Notes under the pieces: model-generated
What the model saw: only the letters and a program-made list of their open reading frames with translations
Database searches by the model: none
What the model was told of the DNA's origin: nothing
Source of the DNA: an uncultured bacterium
GTDB taxonomy: Bacteria; Acidobacteriota; HRBIN11; JAKEFK01
Direction: 5' to 3'
Assembly (NCBI GenBank): GCA_963777505.1
Contig: CAVZQN010000006.1
Coordinates: 1-64,000 of the forward strand
Length of the DNA stretch: 64,000 bases
In this document: positions 8,575-18,063 of the stretch, in pieces
How positions within the stretch are numbered: position 1 is the first letter of the stretch
Layout: each line of letters opens with the position of its first letter
Program-made: the position numbers and the translations under genes

Positions 8575-11365
8575 AAAACTCTTTGGACATCTTCTTTTGA
8601 TTTTTTTCGTTGCACTTGCGTCAATTGTTTGCGGACAAACAACCGGAAGCATGCGCGGAGTAGTAACAGACACCGATGATCAACCGTTACCCGGGCCGAT
8701 GGTAACGATCAGCAGTGAGGCATTGATCGGCCAAAAAAGAACTGCGTATGCGAATGAGGTCGGCGTTTTCCGTTTTCCTTCTCTCCCGATCGGTGCCTAT
8801 TCTGTTGAAGTAACAATGAAAGGGTATGAACCAGTGAAAGTTGCAAAAGTGGATATCGGTCTGCAAGCAACAGCCGTTGTGCCTGTTCAAATGAAATTTG
8901 TCACCAGAGCGGAGGCCATTACAGTAATCGGTGAAACACCGATTATTGATGTTTCCAATGCTGGATTTTCCACAAGCTATAGGAACGAACTTCTGCAGGA
9001 AGTTCCGACCCAACGCAACATGACAGACTTAATGCAAGTTGCTCCAGGTATTAGCCCGGGGATTGGCGACAGTTTCATTGATCGTGCAGTTGCTTTCGGA
9101 TCAAATGTGCAATCGAATTCCTGGAACGTTGACGGAGTCGACACCTCAGGTCCAGAATCGGGAAACGTCCAATGGAGCGTTAACCCGGATCTGATTCAGG
9201 AAATTCAGGTCATTGGCGTCGGCGCACCAGCAGAGTACGGAAACCATCTAGGCGCTGTATTTAATGTTGTTACCAAAAAGGGTGGTAACCAATTACACGG
9301 CGGCGCAAGTTATTACTATCAAAGTGATTCCCTTACCGGTACAAATGTTGAACTAGATCCAGCCAGTCTGCCTTGTGGAGCTGTCTGCGCTACCTTCAAT
9401 CGAGTAAAGTACAACAATTTCAGCTCACAATTAGGTGGCCCGATTGTGAAAGATACATTGTCATTTTTTGCCGGCTTCGAATATCGACGCGACGCTCGTA
9501 GTAATCCACGTGAGAATCCTGCCTTTGCTCCTACTGATAAGAGCGACAAGTACGACATCAAATTGACTGGTACACTAAGTGAAAAGCACGAAGTCAATGG
9601 ATTCTTCCATTATGAAGATTGGGGTGACCCCTGGCAGCCTTTGCCTAACTACGAACTTTCAGCTTTGCCAGACCCACGCGGATCCAATCCCGCCTGGGGT
9701 GGTAGCTGGACTTCAACACTATCCAACAATTTCCTCCTTGAGTTGAGTTATGCGGGATGGCAGTCGGATTCCATCAACGATTCAAGAACCGGCAGCTTCA
9801 AAGATCCCGTCTTGGAGATCACGCCGTCAGTCACTCGGTACTCCGGCGGCATACAATATCCATTTGATCGCGTAACATCGAAAAACCAGATTAAGGGTAA
9901 AGCCACATACTACGCCAAAAATTTCTTGAACAGCGAACATGAGTTCAAATTCGGTGTCCAGTATTCATATGGCAGCGTCTTAAACAATTATGGAATCGGG
10001 CCGAATGGCAGCTACACGTACAGTGTAAACGGTAATCTCTTTAGAGCTTATCAGGATCCTTTTCAGTATGGTGGTATTAACAATGATCTCGGATTTTTTG
10101 TGGATGATACGGTAAATGTTAATAACAAGCTAACGTTAAATCTCGGCATCCGATTCGATCACAATACGGGCCACATGCCGGAGTTCGAGATCCTTACGAT
10201 TGGTCAACCTTCCATTTCGACCGTGGGGAACTTCAAAAAAACAGGCCAGCGAACATCTGAGGTTTCAGTTTTGAATTGGAACCTCATTTCTCCGCGATTT
10301 GGTGTGGTTTATCAGCTCCGTGATGATGCACGTTCGATAATTCAAGGCTCGTTCGGTGTTTATTACGATCATAACGTCAGCGGCAACTGGGATTACCCTC
10401 CGCCTGGTCTTGGTACTTTCGCTGTGTATAAATTTAATGATGTAACCCGTCAATTCGATATTCCGCACGAAGAGATCCTGCCTGAAAATATTGCGATCAA
10501 CCCAGATTTGAGAGCGCCTCGCACCTTGCAGTACTCTTTGGGCTACGAACATCAGATCGGCCAATCGATGGCGTTTGGAACTCAATATGTGCACAAGACC
10601 ACAAAAGATCTTGTAGGCTGGGAAATACTCGGTGGTATATATGACGAAGTCCCATTTGTGGATCCCAATACTGGAAATCAGTATACGCTGCTCAGTATCA
10701 CCGATAGCCCGATCTTCCGAAAGGGCAACGATCCTGGTAATTTTCCTGGCTCGGAAAATCTCGATTACTTTCAGAAATATCACGGGTTGATCTTCACGTT
10801 TGATAAGCGGCTCTCAAAAAGCTGGTCGCTCAGCACGTCTTATACATGGTCACGCTCAACGGGTTTGATCCCCAGAATGATTTTCCAGGGCCAGGGCCCT
10901 GAATTCTCATTTCCAGTGCCAACAAAGGAAGGAAGAGACCCGAATAACTACATCAACGCTGAAGGTATATTACAGGGTGATCGGCCGCACATGTTTCGCG
11001 TCTTGTCATACTTGCAGAATCTACCGGGTAATCTTCATGCGTCTGTGAATGCGGATTTCAGCAGCGGCAAGCATCACGTTCGTACAATCGGTCCGCCCAA
11101 GGGGTCTCTCATCCCGGGTGTCGTTCAAATTATCATGCAGCGCGGTTACCGCCTCTCTCCAATCAAGATGATTGACGTAACTGTCGGACGTCGTTTTGAT
11201 CTCAGCGACTTTGTCATCCGTGTTGATGGCACAATCTTCAACCTGTTAAATAGCGACAATGAACTGGGGGTCAACCAACAGATGGCGCCACCGGCAACAG
11301 AGTTTGTTCCTATTAACTGGACACAACCACGCCGTCTTCAGATTCGTGTGGGATTCGAATTCTAA
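8564..11365 (+). CDS. TonB-dependent outer membrane receptor (Oar-like, N-terminal carboxypeptidase-regulatory domain)
   Basis: Signal peptide, TGSMRGVVTD...LPG, plug motif IQEIQV...AEYG...GAVFNVVTKKG, C-terminal PRRLQIRVGFEF. Confidence 0.9.
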   Translation: MFSKKLFGHLLLIFFVALASIVCGQTTGSMRGVVTDTDDQPLPGPMVTISSEALIGQKRTAYANEVGVFRFPSLPIGAYSVEVTMKGYEPVKVAKVDIGLQATAVVPVQMKFVTRAEAITVIGETPIIDVSNAGFSTSYRNELLQEVPTQRNMTDLMQVAPGISPGIGDSFIDRAVAFGSNVQSNSWNVDGVDTSGPESGNVQWSVNPDLIQEIQVIGVGAPAEYGNHLGAVFNVVTKKGGNQLHGGASYYYQSDSLTGTNVELDPASLPCGAVCATFNRVKYNNFSSQLGGPIVKDTLSFFAGFEYRRDARSNPRENPAFAPTDKSDKYDIKLTGTLSEKHEVNGFFHYEDWGDPWQPLPNYELSALPDPRGSNPAWGGSWTSTLSNNFLLELSYAGWQSDSINDSRTGSFKDPVLEITPSVTRYSGGIQYPFDRVTSKNQIKGKATYYAKNFLNSEHEFKFGVQYSYGSVLNNYGIGPNGSYTYSVNGNLFRAYQDPFQYGGINNDLGFFVDDTVNVNNKLTLNLGIRFDHNTGHMPEFEILTIGQPSISTVGNFKKTGQRTSEVSVLNWNLISPRFGVVYQLRDDARSIIQGSFGVYYDHNVSGNWDYPPPGLGTFAVYKFNDVTRQFDIPHEEILPENIAINPDLRAPRTLQYSLGYEHQIGQSMAFGTQYVHKTTKDLVGWEILGGIYDEVPFVDPNTGNQYTLLSITDSPIFRKGNDPGNFPGSENLDYFQKYHGLIFTFDKRLSKSWSLSTSYTWSRSTGLIPRMIFQGQGPEFSFPVPTKEGRDPNNYINAEGILQGDRPHMFRVLSYLQNLPGNLHASVNADFSSGKHHVRTIGPPKGSLIPGVVQIIMQRGYRLSPIKMIDVTVGRRFDLSDFVIRVDGTIFNLLNSDNELGVNQQMAPPATEFVPINWTQPRRLQIRVGFEF

Positions 11366-11392
11366 TACTTTGCGTCTCTGCGGTTATTAGAT

Positions 11393-13267
11393 CTATTTTT
11401 CGATTCGTTGCTTCAAGCCAAGACTATTTACCAATCGATATAAGAAATTTGGTTTGACACCTAATCTTGATGCGGCTTCGTTGTAATTTCCATTCGTGCC
11501 ATCAAATGCTTTCAAAACAAGATCCTGTTTAAATCGTTTCAAAGCATCTTCATAATTAGATTGCATCGTTTCCCGGGCTGAGCCAGCTCCTCCAAAAGTC
11601 TCCGGCAGGTCCGCTGGCACTATCAATTCAGAAGATCCCATTACCACCGCTCGTTCCATTGCATTTTCCAATTCGCGAATATTGCCAGGCCAATCATACA
11701 ACTTCAAATTATCAAGTGCATCGGTTGAAATACCCACAACGTGGCGTCCAACTTTCTTACTGAATCGGGAAACAAAGTAACGCGCAAGCAACGGCAAATC
11801 TTCCAGCATTTCGCGCAAAGCAGGTGTTCTTACTGTGAGAACATTTAAACGATAAAACAAATCCTGACGAAATTTCCCTTCTTGAATTTCTTTTTGCAAA
11901 TCACGATTTGTAGCAGCAATAATTCGTACATCAATTTTGATAGGACGTGTTCCACCGATGCGTTCGATTTCGCGTTCCTGCAAAGCCCGTAATAACTTGG
12001 CTTGAAGTGGACTTGCTAATTCGGCAATTTCGTCCAAAAATAACGTACCACCTTCAGCCGCTTCTAACTTGCCCTTTTTCTGTGAGATTGCGCCCGTGAA
12101 GGCTCCTTTTTCATGGCCAAATAATTCATTTTCAAGAAGAGCTTCTGGAATGGCAGCACAATTTAATGCAACAAACGAAGAGTCGGTTCGTTTGCTGTTT
12201 GAATGAATTGCCCGTGCAACAAGCTCTTTGCCTGTTCCGCTCTCGCCTGTGATTAAGACTGTAGAATCTGCCGGAGCTGCTTTACGAATGAATTCGTAGA
12301 CCTTCTTGATTGCTTCAGTTTCACCAATGATTTCACGATCCATTTGAAGTTCGGTTCTGAGACTTCGCGTTATTTCCAATGCGGCTTCAAAGCTTTGTAT
12401 ATTGCGGATTGCTGGAGCAGTGATGCCGACTATAGCTCCTGCTAATTGAAGGTGGTGCTGATCGAATTTTAGTTTAGGATCGAGAATATCCAGGTATAAA
12501 ACGCCAAGCACATGATCAAAAAGAATAAATGGCGCACAGAGAATAGATTTTGGATCTGCTGATAAAAGGCTTTCCGTCTTTTGAACTGTTTGATTTTGCA
12601 AAACATCATTTGCAAGAAATGCTGATTTCTCCCGCACAACCTGAGTCATTAAGGTTTTGCTTGCATGGAAAGGATCGGTACTTGCGTTACGTGAGCGTGA
12701 ACACAGATGCGTAAACTCAAATGTGGAATCATTGTACAGGTAGATTGCTGCGCGTTGAGCTGGCAAGGAATCAAAGAGAATCTCCAACAACTTCTGCCCC
12801 ATCTGTTTTAACTTTTGCTCAGCATTTACAGCCTGGCTGATCCGCAGCAAGAATGTTAGATCTTGTGAATCGTTCGTAACAGATAAGGGAACATGTTCGC
12901 CAACGTTTAGAGATAGCGTTGATTTTGCGATGAATGCGCCTTCACTTTCGTCTTCCAAATCCTGAGGCAACTCCTGTTCTTCCGCGGAAAATATGAATAG
13001 AGAATTGCCTAATTCAATCTGATCACCGTGCTGTAAAACTCTTTCTCCGGTAGGGATCCCGTTAACAAAGATTCCGTTTCGGCTCTTTAAATCCTGGATG
13101 GAAAATTCATCGCCAACTTTTCGAATCAAACAGTGCTGGCGAGACAGTAGCAGGTCTGAAATTGGAAGCTGATTACTGTTGTCACGGCCAATCGTGAATT
13201 CCACTTCGTTGAGCGGAATCCGTTGTCCTTTGAGTGGTCCCAAAACAGAAATCAGCGTGGGGTTCAC
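11393..13267 (-). CDS. Sigma54-dependent enhancer-binding protein with FHA and GAF domains
   Basis: FHA ([16 protein letters not shown]), GAF, AAA+ GESGTGKE / GAFTGA / FLDEI / WPGNIREL, C-terminal HTH. Confidence 0.92.
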   Translation of the reverse strand: MNPTLISVLGPLKGQRIPLNEVEFTIGRDNSNQLPISDLLLSRQHCLIRKVGDEFSIQDLKSRNGIFVNGIPTGERVLQHGDQIELGNSLFIFSAEEQELPQDLEDESEGAFIAKSTLSLNVGEHVPLSVTNDSQDLTFLLRISQAVNAEQKLKQMGQKLLEILFDSLPAQRAAIYLYNDSTFEFTHLCSRSRNASTDPFHASKTLMTQVVREKSAFLANDVLQNQTVQKTESLLSADPKSILCAPFILFDHVLGVLYLDILDPKLKFDQHHLQLAGAIVGITAPAIRNIQSFEAALEITRSLRTELQMDREIIGETEAIKKVYEFIRKAAPADSTVLITGESGTGKELVARAIHSNSKRTDSSFVALNCAAIPEALLENELFGHEKGAFTGAISQKKGKLEAAEGGTLFLDEIAELASPLQAKLLRALQEREIERIGGTRPIKIDVRIIAATNRDLQKEIQEGKFRQDLFYRLNVLTVRTPALREMLEDLPLLARYFVSRFSKKVGRHVVGISTDALDNLKLYDWPGNIRELENAMERAVVMGSSELIVPADLPETFGGAGSARETMQSNYEDALKRFKQDLVLKAFDGTNGNYNEAASRLGVKPNFLYRLVNSLGLKQRIEK

Positions 13268-13322
13268 AATTTAATTATACCTGCATACAAAACCTCTTAT
13301 ATACTGAAGTTTCCCCAAAACT

Positions 13323-16300
13323 ATGAGCAAAAAGGATCAGCCACAGCCAAATGATCCTACTCTTCCTATCCCTGAGGGAGAGTCTTTAGCTCATCAACAA
13401 ACTCAAGATGGCCGTTCTGAAGAGATCGGCCGACGCCAGCCCGGCCATCCCACACGAATAGGAAAGTACGAAATAAAAGAACAGCTTGGATCGGGGGGTA
13501 TGGGAGAGGTTTACCGTGCATATGACACATCCCTTAATCGATTTGTGGCTTTAAAAATTTTATATGCGGACAATCCTGACTCCATTCGGCGTTTTCTTGA
13601 AGAAGCACGAGTTCAGGCAGGAATTGAGCATGAAAACATTTGCAAGGTCTATGAAGCCGGACAACAGGATGGAAAAAATTATATCGCGATGCAATTGATC
13701 AAGGGAAAAACTCTGCTCGACGCCTCTAGGGCAATGACTCAGGAACAAAAATTAACTGCGATGTGCCAGGCCGCCGATGCAATGCAAGCCGCTCATCAGC
13801 AGGGATTAATTCACAGGGATATCAAACCGACCAACATCATGGTTGAGAAAAACGAAAATGGTGAGTGGAAGCCATTTATCTGCGATTTCGGATTAGCACG
13901 AGGCAGTGAAACACCAAATTTAACAATGACAGGAATGATTCTTGGAACACCTCCCTACATGGCTCCTGAACAGGCAAGAAGCGAAACAAGAATGATGGAT
14001 GCTCGCACCGATGTCTATGCACTCGGGGCAACACTTTATGAATTACTTTCAGGCCGGCCTCTGTATGAAGGAAAGAATCCAGCCGAAATTTTGGTAAAGA
14101 TCCTAGATGATGATCCACCGCCAATTCGAAATTCAAATCCGTTATTGCCTCAGGATTTGCAAACAATCATCTTCAGGTGTGTTGAAAAAAATCCTGAGAG
14201 ACGATATCAATCTGCCCGGTCATTCGCTGATGATCTACGCCGGTATTTAAATGGCGAGCCCATCGTTGCAAGGCAAACGACGCGATCCTATCGCTGGTTC
14301 CGAAAGGCACGTAAAAACAAAGCGACAACAATAACCGTGGGGATCTCTGCAATCTTGATTCTCGCCGGAAGTGTCGCTTTCTTTCAATCAAGAGCAAATG
14401 CCGAACGTAAGGCAAAATTAATCGCAGAGTTTGGAAACGAAGTTCGTTTCATGGAATCACAGCTCCGAAGTGCTTACGCCGCACCTCTACACGATGTTCG
14501 CGGCGAAACGACTGAAATTAAGAAACGGTTGAGAAAAATTGAGGAACGGATTTCTGCGGAAGGTGAACTTGCTTTTGGTCCTGGCTATGAGGCGCTCGGT
14601 CAAAGCTATATCGCACTTGGTGACTACACAAAAGCTGAAGAATTTCTAAAAAAGGCATGGGATGCCGGCCATCACGAACCTTCAACTGCCTATGCGCTAG
14701 GAATCGTGACAGGAAAAGCCTATCAAGATGAATTACTAAAAACAGAACGACTTCCAGGCGCAAGTCTTCGCGAACTAAAGAGAAAACAAGCTGAAGAAAA
14801 ATATGGACGAAAGGCCGTAGAGTATCTCAAAAAAGGGAGCACACACATTGAGTCACCTTTATACGTGGAAGCGTTAATTGATTTCTATGAAAAACGTTTT
14901 GAAAGTGCACTGAAAAAATCTCAGGAAGCATACCGCCTTACGAGCTGGCCGTATGAACCCAAGAAACTTGAAGGCGATATTTATTTCAGAATCGGTAAAG
15001 TCGCACAGCAATCCGGTGAACAGAAGAAAGCATTGGACGCATTCAATTCTGCAGGCAAAGCGTATTCAGAAGCGGAAGGACTCGCCAGAAGTAACGAGGA
15101 AATTCATCTGGCTCTGGGAGGACGCTTTAATGCCGCCACCCTGATTCAAAAAGAAACAGGCGTTCGTGATGAAGATTATTTTTCAAAAGCATTGGAATCT
15201 TGTAACAAAGCTCTTACTGCTAATCCAGACTCCGGACGGGCTTTCTTATGTTTATCGGAAGCTTACTATCATGAAGGAATCTATATCAAATTTTGGTCTG
15301 ATAAAGATCCTACCGATCCTTTTCTTAAGGCGGTTGAGATGGCGGAGCGAGCCGAGCCAACAATCTATTCAGTTGATGCTTTGATTGCGGCTAGTGAATC
15401 CTACATCAGTCTTGCAGAAAGATCAGGTGCAACGAGAAAAGATCCGCTGCCCTATTTAGAGAAAGCAATTCAGAAAGCTCAAAAAGCGGAGAAGCTAGAT
15501 CCACATTCAGATGCCTTTCATTCTTTAGCGGGAGCGTATTTTCTACTTGGTGATTATCAGCTGATGCATGGTCAAAATCCACTTCCAGCATTACAAAAAG
15601 TTGTTCAGATCTATCACGAAGGGCGGAAGGATATTTCTTTTCTTGAGTATATGCAAAATGTTATTGGTCTCGCATACCACAATATGGGTGAATATAAATT
15701 ACAGCGCGGTGAAAATCCTGATTTTGAATTTAATAAATCTTTGAAGTACCTTAAGCGCGGATTAGAGATTAATCCGAAAGCTCACTATATTGCTTCGAAT
15801 ATTGGATTAGGTTATTCGCGGCTTGCTGCTTTTGAGATGACTCAAGGACGCAATCCTAAACCGGCTTGTATGGACTCTTTGCGATACTACAATATTTCTA
15901 TGTCAGAAGTGCCTGATGAGGCATACGGCCACAACAACAAAGGTCTTGTTTACTTACTTCTCGCTGAATACGAACTGCTGAACAAGAAAGATCCAAATCC
16001 CGATTTAACTCAAGCAATCGATCATTTTCAAACGACGATCAGATTAAATGCGGAGTTAAACTTTACGTATGTGAATTTGGCATCAGCTTTACTCTTGCGA
16101 GCGGACTATAAAATTCAGACAAATCAAAATCCAACCATTGAGCTGACGCAAGCGCAACAGAATCTTGAAAAAGCTTTACTGACAGCAGATGATTTTTACG
16201 AAGCTCATCGGGTCATTGGTGAACTTCATCTTCTTGAAGCTCGATACTCAATTTCGAAACGGCGATCTCCTTTAAAAGAGCTGCTCTCTGCAAGAAAAGA

Positions 16301-16631
16301 GATTTCGGAATCTCTGCGCATCAATCCACTGGATGCATTGTCGTATGTTGCCATGGCTCAATCGTATCGATGGGAAGCTGTCTACGATCCGAAGCTAGCT
16401 GCAACTGCTGCGACAACAGGTTTAGAGTGGATTCAGAAAGCCAGGGAGAAAAAAATTAGCGATGCACGAATCACCGCTCTGGAAGGGTTCTTTTATCTTA
16501 TGCTTGAGCGAACTGATAGAAAATACGCCGGTGCTGCGTCTGAATCTTTAACAAAAGCACTACAAATAAATCCCCTTCTCAAAACAGAATACGCGCCATA
16601 CTTAGATGAGGCGAATGCGCTAAATCGGTAA
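13323..16631 (+). CDS. Membrane Ser/Thr protein kinase with long TPR-rich C-terminal domain
   Basis: GSGGMGEVY, HRDIKPTN, DFGLAR, GTPPYMAPEQ; TM near aa 335; many TPR-like helices. Confidence 0.9.
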   Translation: MSKKDQPQPNDPTLPIPEGESLAHQQTQDGRSEEIGRRQPGHPTRIGKYEIKEQLGSGGMGEVYRAYDTSLNRFVALKILYADNPDSIRRFLEEARVQAGIEHENICKVYEAGQQDGKNYIAMQLIKGKTLLDASRAMTQEQKLTAMCQAADAMQAAHQQGLIHRDIKPTNIMVEKNENGEWKPFICDFGLARGSETPNLTMTGMILGTPPYMAPEQARSETRMMDARTDVYALGATLYELLSGRPLYEGKNPAEILVKILDDDPPPIRNSNPLLPQDLQTIIFRCVEKNPERRYQSARSFADDLRRYLNGEPIVARQTTRSYRWFRKARKNKATTITVGISAILILAGSVAFFQSRANAERKAKLIAEFGNEVRFMESQLRSAYAAPLHDVRGETTEIKKRLRKIEERISAEGELAFGPGYEALGQSYIALGDYTKAEEFLKKAWDAGHHEPSTAYALGIVTGKAYQDELLKTERLPGASLRELKRKQAEEKYGRKAVEYLKKGSTHIESPLYVEALIDFYEKRFESALKKSQEAYRLTSWPYEPKKLEGDIYFRIGKVAQQSGEQKKALDAFNSAGKAYSEAEGLARSNEEIHLALGGRFNAATLIQKETGVRDEDYFSKALESCNKALTANPDSGRAFLCLSEAYYHEGIYIKFWSDKDPTDPFLKAVEMAERAEPTIYSVDALIAASESYISLAERSGATRKDPLPYLEKAIQKAQKAEKLDPHSDAFHSLAGAYFLLGDYQLMHGQNPLPALQKVVQIYHEGRKDISFLEYMQNVIGLAYHNMGEYKLQRGENPDFEFNKSLKYLKRGLEINPKAHYIASNIGLGYSRLAAFEMTQGRNPKPACMDSLRYYNISMSEVPDEAYGHNNKGLVYLLLAEYELLNKKDPNPDLTQAIDHFQTTIRLNAELNFTYVNLASALLLRADYKIQTNQNPTIELTQAQQNLEKALLTADDFYEAHRVIGELHLLEARYSISKRRSPLKELLSARKEISESLRINPLDALSYVAMAQSYRWEAVYDPKLAATAATTGLEWIQKAREKKISDARITALEGFFYLMLERTDRKYAGAASESLTKALQINPLLKTEYAPYLDEANALNR

Positions 16632-16638
16632 CTCCGAT

Positions 16639-17982
16639 CTATTTCTTCATCAACTCCAGCACTGCAGTTGTCATCGCTTTAATCCCGGTTTTTATCGTGG
16701 GTTCGGGAAGTGGAGCAAATTCGCTTGAATGTAATGAGGGTAGTGTCTTTCCGGCTTTTGTATATTCTGCATGCTTTTTCGGATCTACAGCTCCGACCCA
16801 AAAAATGACGCTTGGGACGCTGTAATCTTCAAGGCTGTAAAACGCAAAATCTTCTCCGCCCATCACAGCAGCTTTTTGAGCTAACGTTTGTTCCCCGAAT
16901 GTTCTTTTGAAAATTTCAGTGAGTTTTGCTGAAAGTTCCGGGTTATTGTAGGTTGAAGCAGTACCTCTTGTGATCTTGACGCTCGGTTCCAATTCTTTTG
17001 GAATCCCGGCTGTTCTCGCAATTCCGACTGTAATTCGCTCAATTGCTTTGAGAAGTTGTTCGCGAATTTCCCGTTTATAGGAACGCACTGTGAGCTCCAA
17101 TTTAACTTCATCTGGAATGATGTTGTGTTTCGTTCCGCCATGAATGGATCCGACAGTTACAACAGCCGGCTCAATCGGCGGAATTTCTCTGCTCACAATT
17201 GTCTGAAGCGCAACGACTGTTTCCGCTGCAATGACAACCGGATCAATTGTGTCATGCGGGTATGCGCCATGGCCGCCTTTCCCGCGGATTGTAATGTCGA
17301 CACTGTCAACATTCGCAAGTGCATAACCCGGTACGATTCCAATTTTGCCGGCTTCCAGTGAAGCATCATCGTGAATTGCCAAACAATAATCCGGCTTCGG
17401 AAATTTTGTATACAATCCAGCTCTTAGCATCGCTTCTGCGCCGCTAGGATCCTTTTCTTCCGCTGGCTGTCCGATCATGATCAAAGTTCCTTTCCATTGA
17501 TCCTTCAACGCAGCAAGCAATCGCGCGGTGCCGACAAAAGAAGTCATGTGAATATCGTGGCCGCAGCCGTGCATTGCGGGCACATCTGTTCCATCATCTG
17601 CCTTCGCTTTCGCCTTACTTGCATAAGGTAAACCCGTTCGCTCTTCGATCGGCAGACCATCTAAATCTGTGCGCACAAGAATTGTTGGACCTTGACCATT
17701 TTTAAGAATGCCAACAATTCCGTATGAAGTTTTTCCGAAATCTTTTGGATATTCTCCAAAACGCTCCGTCACTTCGTACCCTGCTTTGCGAAGTTCTTCT
17801 GCAATGCGAACTGAAGTCTTCTCTTCCTGATGCGAAATTTCGGGGTTTGCATGAAGGTGTTTATAGAGATCTTCAAGTGAAGGATATTCTGTTTGAATCA
17901 ATGAATCGATTTTTTCCATTTGACCGTATGTGACTCCACTCAGCAGCAAAAATGATACAACAACAAGAGACAATCCTCGCAT
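16639..17982 (-). CDS. Secreted M20 family amidohydrolase (hippurate hydrolase-like)
   Basis: RTDLDGLP, MHGCGHD, QPAEE, GGHGAYPH, GGEDF, LHS; GGAG RBS before ATG 17982; signal peptide. Confidence 0.9.
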   Translation of the reverse strand: MRGLSLVVVSFLLLSGVTYGQMEKIDSLIQTEYPSLEDLYKHLHANPEISHQEEKTSVRIAEELRKAGYEVTERFGEYPKDFGKTSYGIVGILKNGQGPTILVRTDLDGLPIEERTGLPYASKAKAKADDGTDVPAMHGCGHDIHMTSFVGTARLLAALKDQWKGTLIMIGQPAEEKDPSGAEAMLRAGLYTKFPKPDYCLAIHDDASLEAGKIGIVPGYALANVDSVDITIRGKGGHGAYPHDTIDPVVIAAETVVALQTIVSREIPPIEPAVVTVGSIHGGTKHNIIPDEVKLELTVRSYKREIREQLLKAIERITVGIARTAGIPKELEPSVKITRGTASTYNNPELSAKLTEIFKRTFGEQTLAQKAAVMGGEDFAFYSLEDYSVPSVIFWVGAVDPKKHAEYTKAGKTLPSLHSSEFAPLPEPTIKTGIKAMTTAVLELMKK

Positions 17983-18009
17983 TCGCAGATCTCCATTTGA
18001 AATATTTAT

Positions 18010-18048
18010 GGCCCGGTTTTCGCAACCCATTAGGAGCGAAGCCGGGCC
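18010..18048 (-). terminator. GC-rich hairpin downstream of glutamine synthetase
   Basis: GGCCCGGTTTTCGC ... GCGAAGCCGGGCC inverted repeat; no strong U-tract. Confidence 0.4.
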
Positions 18049-18063
18049 ACAAGAAGAGTAATT

